This document shows positions 35,773 to 44,070 of a stretch of 44,070 nucleotides of DNA, in pieces. Each line of letters begins with the position of its first letter. Within the stretch, counting starts at the first letter, position 1. Below the pieces are notes generated by a model. It saw only the letters and a list, made by a program, of their open reading frames with translations, had not been told where the DNA came from and did no database searches. This DNA is from Alloascoidea hylecoeti. Lineage: Eukaryota. The stretch covers positions 525,974 through 570,043 of the forward strand of contig BCKZ01000018.1 in NCBI GenBank assembly GCA_001600815.1. The letters are read 5' to 3'. Both the position numbers and the translations under genes were made by a program.

Positions 35773-37428
35773 TTAATTTGCAGCTATTGGTTCAATATTT
35801 GAATTTGTAATTGATTGTGCTGGATGATTTGAAATTTGAGAATGTGAATGAGAATTTGATGGTAATGTTTCACTATCAGAACCATTTTCAATCTGGTTAT
35901 TTAAATCATCAATATTATTGACATTATTATTTTTATTATTATTATTTTCATTTATAATTAATTTTTGATTTGATTTCATTTTATATAAATTTATATTTGT
36001 ATTTGTATTTGCAATTGCAATTTCACCAGTATGCCTACGTAAAGTTTCACCAACACTTGCAATTGTTAAAGATTCATCATAATCTTCAGGTATTGGCATA
36101 TCAAAGATTGAAAAAGCAGTCGATGCCCTAGATCTTATTGATTTTGGATGATCATTTATAAAAGATTGTTGAAATTGAGGTTGAGCAGGAGATGATTGAT
36201 AATCAATTGGTTGGAAATTAAATTCTTCATAATTATTAGCATTAGTATTATTTGCGTTATTGTTATTTGTTGAACCATTTGAGTTAAATGGAGAAATTGG
36301 AGAAAGTACTTGTTGTTTTCTCTGTTGAGTAGAATTATTCACATGAGGTGGAGATCTCGAACCATTAATATTCATGTTAAAAGCGATTGAATTAAGAGCA
36401 TTTGTACTATCAGGACTTATTGATCTACTAAGATAACCATTACTTGATATTGAAGAAGTTGTTCTATCTCTATCAAGATTTGAACTTAATGTAGGATGTA
36501 AATTTCTAAAAGAGTCGACTCTTTTGATTGAAAGATTTGAATCTCTTCTTCTGTATGGGCTTGTCGTTCCATTTACATTTCCATTTGGAATTCCATTTAT
36601 TGGAGGATTATTATTATAGATTGCTGAAAGACCAGACATTGAAGGTCTATGGGGAGCACCTGAACCAGGAGTGCATGACTCGTTATTGACGACATCAGCA
36701 AATGAATAAAAAGACAAGACTGGTTTTATCGTATGATTTTGCGGAGATGTTGATAAAGAGGTTGAACCAGAGGTTGAAGTCGGAGGGGTGTCTTTATACC
36801 AGTCTCTTAGGTTCGATGTACTATGCTTTGGGTCTGGTTGCTGACCCTGGGGTTGTGCCTGGGGTTGTGCCTGGGGCTGCGGCTGACCCCCCTGAGATTG
36901 GTACTGACCTTGACAGGGATATGACCCCAGAGCCATGTTCAGGCCAATCACACTGCTTCTACGACGGGCGTAAACCAAATCAACCTGATCGAGGTCCTGG
37001 GAGCTGGTGAGGATCTCGGTGGAGGCATCCAGCACGGGGGGTATAAAATTCTCGTTTCTGTGGTGGAGGGGGATGCTTTGGGATGACCCGTAGTGACCAG
37101 AAAAGCCAGAGAAGCCAGAGAAGCCTGCAAAATGGGAGCCCACGTGGGAACCAGAATGGGAATGGGAGCCCACCGAGTTAATACTGGCATCGTCCAGAAG
37201 CAGAGGCTGCAGAGGATCCTGAACCGACCGCTCGAAGATCAGCGAGGACACGCTTGTGGGTGACGAGGGTGACACAGGTACGGTGGTGGGCAGCAGGGGT
37301 CCCGCACCCGCACCCGCACCCGCACCCGCACCCGCGCTGGCACCCGGTGTGGGCGAGGGCTCCGGGGCAGAGGGCTCCGCAGCGTGTTTCTGGTGGAAGG
37401 AGAACACGTGAAGTCTGTGTGTGGCCAT
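35773..37428 (-). CDS. MLF3: Mlf3/Vhs2-family serine-rich protein
   Basis: First ATG at 37428. Motifs SLIFERSVQD, ENFIPPVLDAS, DLDQVDLVYARRRSSVIGLNMAL and LSFYSFADVVNNE. Divergent from MSK1, as YNL074C/YNL073W are. Confidence 0.85.
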   Translation of the reverse strand: MATHRLHVFSFHQKHAAEPSAPEPSPTPGASAGAGAGAGAGAGPLLPTTVPVSPSSPTSVSSLIFERSVQDPLQPLLLDDASINSVGSHSHSGSHVGSHFAGFSGFSGFSGHYGSSQSIPLHHRNENFIPPVLDASTEILTSSQDLDQVDLVYARRRSSVIGLNMALGSYPCQGQYQSQGGQPQPQAQPQAQPQGQQPDPKHSTSNLRDWYKDTPPTSTSGSTSLSTSPQNHTIKPVLSFYSFADVVNNESCTPGSGAPHRPSMSGLSAIYNNNPPINGIPNGNVNGTTSPYRRRDSNLSIKRVDSFRNLHPTLSSNLDRDRTTSSISSNGYLSRSISPDSTNALNSIAFNMNINGSRSPPHVNNSTQQRKQQVLSPISPFNSNGSTNNNNANNTNANNYEEFNFQPIDYQSSPAQPQFQQSFINDHPKSIRSRASTAFSIFDMPIPEDYDESLTIASVGETLRRHTGEIAIANTNTNINLYKMKSNQKLIINENNNNKNNNVNNIDDLNNQIENGSDSETLPSNSHSHSQISNHPAQSITNSNIEPIAAN

Positions 37429-37487
37429 TATATCGTTGAAAAGGAGTCTGAACAAATCTGTGAGGTTTTGCTTTATACAATTCCACA

Positions 37488-37525
37488 GTCACATGATACG
37501 GCCATCAGATGACCCCGCACGTGAC
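37488..37525. promoter_or_regulatory. Two Cbf1-type RTCACRTG sites in the 148-bp MLF3/MSK1 divergent promoter
   Basis: GTCACATG at 37488-37495 and CACGTGAC at 37518-37525. Confidence 0.5.
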
Positions 37526-37576
37526 GCCGCATGCGATTTCATTTTTCATATTTAAATTTCATTATTTGATTAGTCA

Positions 37577-39289
37577 ATGCTACGTTTTGCTGTGAAAAGG
37601 TCTCCCACGCGGGTGTGGGCGCGGGCGCCGCTCCTCCGCTCCTATAGTACCACCGAGGATGAATCTCGTAGGCAAAATGTCCAACTTCAGGAACACTCTG
37701 AACCAAATTCTTGCTATCCCTTGATGTCGGACATAACTCCAATTCCTCCCATAAGAATAAAAGAGTTTAGAGATTTATTTTCTACTTCTGCTGCTTTTGA
37801 TTCAAATCAATTCCTGTTACAAGGTAGAATCCTCTCAATTAGGAAATCTGGCAAATCTTTAATTTTCATGGACATTATACAAGATAATAATTCTCTACAA
37901 ATAATGATAAACGCTAAAAAAATTGGTCAACAACCTTCACTGTTTAAATCTCATCATTCAAATATACGTAAAGGTGATTTAATATCAATTTTGGGTACTC
38001 CATGTAAAACTAATTCTGGTGAATTAACTTTAAATGCTTCAACTCCAATTAATCTTGTTTCTCCAAGATTACGTTCTTTACCAAATACTCCATTAAATGA
38101 ATTAAGAAAATCTTCTGATAAGGTTTTACAATATTTATTATATCCTTCATTAAGATTACCAATTTTAATAAAATCTTCAGTCATATCAACAATTCGGAAT
38201 TATTTAATTTCTAAAAATTTTATTGAAGTTCAAACTCCAATATTAGCAAATTTAAATACAAGTGGAGCAAATGCAAAACCATTTGAAACAAAAACAAATT
38301 CAATAAATTTACCATTATCATTAAGAGTTGCACCTGAATTATGGTTAAAAAGATTAATTATATCAGGTTTTGATAAAGTTTTTGAAATTGGTCAATCTTT
38401 TAGAAATGAAGGAATTGATAAAACTCATAATGTTGAATTTATAACTTGTGAATTTTATTCAAGTTGGATTGAGATGATTGAATTAATGGAAATTTCTGAA
38501 GAAATGTTACAAATTATATTTAATGATATATTAAAAAAATTTGAAAATTTAAAAATTAATGATGATAATAATGAATATAATTTAAAAGGTTTAAAAAAAT
38601 TTATAAATAATATACCAATTGATAATGAAAATGGAAGATGGATATTTCAAAAATTAGAATTTATACCAGAAATTGAAAAATCAACTGGTTTACAATTCCC
38701 AATTTCAATAACATCAGAATCATTAATATTATATCATCAACAATTACAATTAAATTTGCCAATTATAAAATCAGTTCCAAAATTATTAGATAATTTATCA
38801 AAAATTTATTTAGAACCAAAATGTAAATCAATACCAACGTTTATTTATAATCATCCATCAATGGCATCACCATTATCAAAATCTTGCAAAATTTCATATG
38901 ATGATTCAAGAATTTATGATATTTCAAAAAGATTTGAATTATTTATAAACTCAAGAGAATATATAAATGCTTATGAAGAAGAAAATAATCCATTTCAACA
39001 AAATTTAAAATTTAAATATCAATTAAAACAACGTGAAAATTTTAATGATGATGAAATGTTAATTCCTGATTCAAATTATTTAAAGGCAATGGAATTAGGT
39101 ATGCCCCCAACTGGTGGATTTGGTTTAGGTATTGATAGATTATGTATGTTAATAATGGATTGTATCAAAAATCCTTCATCATCAATTGATAAAGTTGAAA
39201 ATGAAGTTGAAGATGAGAAAAATAAAGATGAAACTAGAATTGAAGAGGTTTTATCATTTGGAAACTTAAAAGATGTTGTAAATCAATAA
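37577..39289 (+). CDS. MSK1: Mitochondrial lysyl-tRNA synthetase
   Basis: Arg-rich presequence MLRFAVKRSPTRVWARAPLLRSYS, OB-fold, FIEVQTPIL, GANAKPF, LRVAPELWLKRL, FRNEGIDKTHN.EF and GMPPTGGFGLGIDRL. Confidence 0.95.
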   Translation: MLRFAVKRSPTRVWARAPLLRSYSTTEDESRRQNVQLQEHSEPNSCYPLMSDITPIPPIRIKEFRDLFSTSAAFDSNQFLLQGRILSIRKSGKSLIFMDIIQDNNSLQIMINAKKIGQQPSLFKSHHSNIRKGDLISILGTPCKTNSGELTLNASTPINLVSPRLRSLPNTPLNELRKSSDKVLQYLLYPSLRLPILIKSSVISTIRNYLISKNFIEVQTPILANLNTSGANAKPFETKTNSINLPLSLRVAPELWLKRLIISGFDKVFEIGQSFRNEGIDKTHNVEFITCEFYSSWIEMIELMEISEEMLQIIFNDILKKFENLKINDDNNEYNLKGLKKFINNIPIDNENGRWIFQKLEFIPEIEKSTGLQFPISITSESLILYHQQLQLNLPIIKSVPKLLDNLSKIYLEPKCKSIPTFIYNHPSMASPLSKSCKISYDDSRIYDISKRFELFINSREYINAYEEENNPFQQNLKFKYQLKQRENFNDDEMLIPDSNYLKAMELGMPPTGGFGLGIDRLCMLIMDCIKNPSSSIDKVENEVEDEKNKDETRIEEVLSFGNLKDVVNQ

Positions 39290-39555
39290 ATTGTATATAT
39301 TTGATCGACAAACAAATTAAATGATATTTCCTAATTATGTTAAAAGTTTAAAAGCTGCTGCATCGGAATCAAATATTACACTGGATTATATCATTCAAGT
39401 TGAGTAAACTTAGCATACAGTGATATAAGTCTTATAGTCATTTCACTTCTTGATCATTTGAATCATAAAAGTAATTAAACACACAGTAAAGTCATTACAA
39501 AATGTAAAACAAGTGACTTTATAATATAACTTGCCAAAAGTTGCCATACTATAAA

Positions 39556-39596
39556 TCCCCCCTATCACGCGGGAGAACAGGGTTTAATTCCCAGTT
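39556..39596 (+). pseudogene. Degenerate tRNA-Asp-like 3' half
   Basis: tccccc-ctatcacgcgggagaacagggtttaattccc resembles eukaryotic tRNA-Asp CCCCGCCTGTCACGCGGGAGACCGGGGTTCGATTCCC; the 5' half is absent and the B-box is mutated. Confidence 0.5.
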
Positions 39597-40190
39597 TCCT
39601 GGTATCTTTGAAACCTAGCCTTACAACAATGTTTTGCAGGCATCGGGCTGTGTCATGGACTTATAGTTAAAGATTTCTGATGAATAACTTCTCAATTTAA
39701 TGATTTTAATCATAAATGCAGGATTCATCGATGGCTAATATCCATGCATGACTTACCTAATCATAGCCAGCCAAACTCAAAAGTAGTGTTGAATTTCCCT
39801 GCATATACTTACATGTAATCCAGATCTGCACCCATTTGGGAAGATGTTGAAATGAGAAAAAATGAACCAACTTTTATAAAACTACCGGGAAGCATATCAA
39901 AGAAGATAAATCAAGTTTGGCTATACACTAGTAGGTTTCTGTAAAGCCAAATTTCCACTCTAATAATGTATATCTTGAATACTGAAGGTTGTCAATGAAC
40001 TATTGAAAAATGATGGTGACCATATATCCGGTTGACTCAAGAATATTCATATTAATATATTGTAAATGACATAATTAGTGAAAAAAGATCTGGGCCTCTT
40101 ATTCCATACAGAGTGTTCTCCTGCTTTAGTAGCAGGCCTATAATCCATGTCTAAAAGGACAGGAATGTTAACGCGCCGTAACACTATTTC

Positions 40191-40316
40191 GAGAGGGGGA
40201 CTGTAAGTTTTCATTATTAGGAAATTTTAAAAGTAAGCGGTCCGGACCGTAGAATGGGTACAACCTTATTATATTTCAATTCTAAATTCACGAACTGTAC
40301 AGAATATAAACTTACA
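40191..40316 (+). mobile_element. Polypurine tract plus short 3' LTR relic (LTR 40202-40316)
   Basis: GAGAGGGGGA at 40191-40200, then TGTAAGTTT...AAACTTACA: TG/CA ends with a perfect 9-bp terminal inverted repeat. Confidence 0.6.
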
Positions 40317-42497
40317 TGTATAATTGGTCTAATTTATATTAAAGTGCCTAAATCAGTTACACTAAACCGTCATAAGACTTCTTATTGACTGCCCAAGAAT
40401 GACACTTTGCAACATGTACAATTTAAGCTCAAAATTTTCCCAAACTAAAATATATTTCCATATAATAGGATTGAATCAGATCCATTGACGTAGATGGATC
40501 TTGAAAGTAAGATATTTGTTAATTCCGCGAGAACGAAATTTGAAGCATATTAAACAGAATAGAATTTCTACAGAACTAGTTTATATTATATATATTTTGC
40601 TAATTTATTATTATATTTATTAACCAAAGTCTGATTTAATAGGATTTAGATATGACAAGATCTTTCTCGGCCTTCGTAGTTTTTGTATTCAATTCCATTA
40701 TTAAGTCAAATTTCTTTGAAAGTTCTTGAAACCGTTTATTCATTCAAAGAAATATATTAGATAAAATTAAACACTACTTATTATAATCCAAAATAGCACT
40801 GTGTCCTATTTACTTACTCTTTACACTGCAAATCTAAACCTCTCTCGGTATTAATATATTCAGTCTCACTGTGAACTAAGACTAAGACTGATCACCTTAT
40901 ACAAAAAAAAGTTTATATTTCAAATACAATATTGATATTATTGCGTTTAATAGATATACGTACTACCAGGTATAGCCAATGGCCCAACCTTGATTTTTTC
41001 AAATACATTAATACAATTGTATCTAAATATATTGGCATGGACTGATGGGCTGTGTAAAAAATCTATTGAGGAGGTTTTGGAATTGGGAAATAAACAATAA
41101 TTCTTCAATTTAATTTCGCCAGGAATTTAGACTATAGTCGGGCATAATGATTAGTAATTATCCGACACCCGTTAACAAGTTCGGGTAACAAGGACGGGCC
41201 ATTCGAATAATTCGTGATTAACATGGCCTAGTATTTAATGCAAATAACCGCCGAAATTAAGTGGAAATACTGTATTTTGATACGTTCAAATCCAAAGTTA
41301 AATTGTAGTATTATATTAATTTGGCACTCTTGGGGAAGTCAGCAAGAGATTTTGTGGTTTTTTTCGCGTAACTGGTTCCAACAGGCATGTCAATATCGTA
41401 ACACCGCTACCATAATTGCATTGCTCTTGCTTAAACCTCAAACTTATATCCGTGATTCCGTGTAGGCTCAAATTATTAATCCACCCTTTCTACTTTGGTA
41501 TTAATTGCATTTGGTTACAATCTTGTTTATATACATTTAGATTTCATTGCCAGTTTATACACCAGGTTATATATATTACTTGCAATTAGAATCAGTATTG
41601 TAAAGATCATTAAATTTTGTCTTAAGTTAATCATTATTTAATGCAAACTTGAGGTGATTAATATATTCAATTCTTGGATCAATATTATATGAATAACCTA
41701 AACTATTGCAAGTTAATATATTTTGGGGTTGTCAACTTGTTATACTATTAAAATAAGGCGTTTTTTGTTGTAAAATACAACGGTATCTCATGGTTAATTA
41801 AAAAGGTGATGCTACTGTCCTTGTTGATCCGGATCCACCCTGAGTTGAGGAAGTATAATTAAGATTTATTTTAAGAGAAGGAAATTAGTGAAGAATGTCT
41901 AATAATGGGATCCGAAACTTGTATATTTCAATCAATGAGCTGATAGCAAAAGGGGAATCTGAAGTTGGTGATAACGATTTAAAGAAAGTAATATTTAATA
42001 TTGATCTCAATTGTTCAGGGTTAATAGTAAGTTGTCTATATCTGTTGCCCTCTCATAATCAAGTATTAATCATAAATTCTTAATTATATAAAAATCGATA
42101 ACTCCAATGATATTGAAATTAATATTATGAATTTATGATTGATATTAAGCTATCTCTATACTAGAATGAGTCGGTTTGATTTTTGACTTCGTGATATAGG
42201 CATATATCAAAAAGTTTACGCTAAGCTAAGGAGTATTGAATTAATTATAATGCATATAATAAAAAAATCATGATAAAGAAAATTGATGCTAGATCAAAAG
42301 TTCAAAACCGAAAACACTTCATAAGCTTAAGTCTATATTAGATAGCTATAGCTATCTGAAAATACGATGGGCGAGCACATGTTACACCATAATTCTGTTT
42401 CACTCTAAAACGCGTAAACCTCTTAATTTCATTTAATAATATCTCGTCTATTTGGTAGGGGCATGCCATACCTATGTTGAAACTAGATCTGTACATC

Positions 42498-42945
42498 AAA
42501 TCAACTGGTAGAAAGCCAATTGCAAAGTTATCTTCGCAGGGGGTCTATCTAAAAGATTTACAAAAAAGTCTGATGAAAAACGTATAGAGAAGTTTCAGGA
42601 AAATAATTATTCAAATTTGAATATTAAAGAAGTATTAGAACGGGTAGCAATACCTTTTATTTTGAATGTAGTGTCTTTCAACAGGAAAATACTCCAATCC
42701 TTAAATCAAAAAAGGAAGAAAATCCGATGGAACATTGAAAAACGTGTACACATACTCAAAAGTGAAGGAGAAGCAAATACCCGGAGTTAGCTATAAAGAG
42801 AGGTGACAAGAAGGTTAAGAATTGTCTCTCAGAAGTATTTCCAGAATTATGGGATCAACTGGATCAACCCCATTTTAACCAGCTCATCGCATCTGATGCA
42901 ACCAAAACTAGTTGTATGTCGTAGCAAAAGAAAGGTATGGGTATG
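42498..42945 (+). mobile_element. Tc1/mariner (IS630-like) transposase relic
   Basis: Collinear degenerate motifs KSTGRKP, IKEVLERVAIPFI, VFQQENTPILKSKK (FQQDNAPxH), ENPMEH (NPIEH) and KYPEL...LSEVFPELWDQLDQPHFNQLIAS, with frameshifts and a deletion. Confidence 0.75.
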
Positions 42946-43889
42946 TTTATTACTAGAATTATTTCCAGTGATACTTAAACAGGTCAGAGAATGTAGTTTA
43001 TATCTAGTAATATTATATCTAGAGTTGATCTTTTAATCAAGATTCAAGAGTTTATGTTTATAAATTGTATGTTTTTTTAGAGTGAAACAAACCTGTACTA
43101 TACATCAAGATTCAAGATAATAAAATGCATGTAGATACTGTAATTATAGCTAATTGTTTAAAATCTGGTATACGATATTATAATATATTATGTTTATAAT
43201 TATGAACTGCCTTCATTGTTTTAAGACCTTATAGTTATATTAGCTAAAGCTCTTTCCAAATCAAGCTCAAGTACCAATATATATATAAAATTATATTCAA
43301 ACCCATAAGTTTTAAGTACTCAATTAAAGAAAGGATATATAATTTTTTATTATTAATCAATAATATCGCAATTGAAATAATTATAGCCATTGATAGCTAC
43401 AACTTACTTGCAAATAGAAATATGATCAGGCATATTCAGATACCGTGAGAATATGGTAATATTTTTGTTACCAATATATCGATCCTATGATGGACGTATG
43501 GCACAAAACAAGTTACATGGGTTTATTTAGTTGCAGTCGCGCGCAGAGAAAAGAAAACCCTAGGGAATGAGATATTATATTCCCTTCTTAGTTATACATA
43601 TCAAAGACAATTTCGATAACGTTAACATTGAACATATAATTAGTTCTTTTTTTTCTCTCTTTTGTATAAAATAATTTTCGCTTTAAACGTGAGTTGCACT
43701 TAATATTAACTATAATAATAATTAATAAAATTATCTAGTAATTTTTATCCAACCGCGATTATATAAATGTTGAGTCCATCCGCAAGTACACATCTTTCAT
43801 TCAGTTAACAATTGTGACAGAAATTCATATCGGTTTTTCTGTTTCCATTATATCTTCAGCTTTCCAACTTACAATATACAATTTCCTAA

Positions 43890-44070
43890 ATGACAAACAA
43901 TCTTGCAGTTAATAATGTTGATTTAGAAGATATATTCACTCATGATGAGTTTATGAGAGCTCTTCCATCTTACTACAAATCAAAACCAATCCTAATGATT
44001 CCAAAAAATGAAGAGACACTTACCGATTATAGGTCTGTAACTGCTACAGAGTTTAATAAATGGATTGACT
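43890..44070 (+). CDS. 5' end of a gene running off the right edge; possibly an NRPS-like adenylate-forming reductase
   Basis: ATG 43890 is open to the edge: MTNNLAVNNVDLEDIFTHDEFMRALPSYYKSKPILMIPKNEETLTDYRSVTATEFNKWID. TATATAAA lies at about 43760. The P......DY..VT..EF...ID pattern recalls the A1 motif of adenylation domains. Confidence 0.55.
   Translation, partial: MTNNLAVNNVDLEDIFTHDEFMRALPSYYKSKPILMIPKNEETLTDYRSVTATEFNKWID

Noticed and set aside
39705..39746. WILAIDES on the minus strand as a Tc1 first-Asp motif
   Set aside because: Isolated short match with no supporting collinear motifs.
40660..40680. U2 snRNA 5'-like TTCTCGGCCTT
   Set aside because: The match stops after 11 nt and there is no GTGTAGTA branch-pairing region.

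Overview
Chromosomal DNA from an AT-rich, intron-containing budding yeast (Saccharomycotina) that uses the standard code (CTG sits at conserved Leu positions). Protein genes in order: TMA108-like M1 aminopeptidase (runs off the left edge, absent from the ORF track), APJ1-like Hsp40, OM45/LEA-like protein, TOP2 (2 introns), SDS3 (1 intron), MKS1, a highly GC-shifted RRT14 hidden among spurious ORFs, TAO3 (1 intron), MLF3/VHS2, MSK1, and the 5' end of a possible adenylate-forming reductase at the right edge. There is also an intron-containing tRNA-Lys(UUU). Intergenic DNA carries decayed hAT, Tc1/mariner, Ty1/copia, LTR and possibly LINE relics, plus two dispersed repeat families. The most interesting signal is an ORF-free region at about 33.0-34.1 kb. 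It folds into nested long-range helices that gain G-U pairs only on the minus strand, lies downstream of an MCB/palindrome cluster, and contains a 1.5-copy 15-nt repeat flanked by a boundary-like helix. This is a candidate telomerase RNA predicting the telomere repeat GGGATTAAGCAAGTT. Sharp GC-rich islands over divergent promoters are a second notable feature. Family assignments come from recalled motifs and synteny, not from searches.
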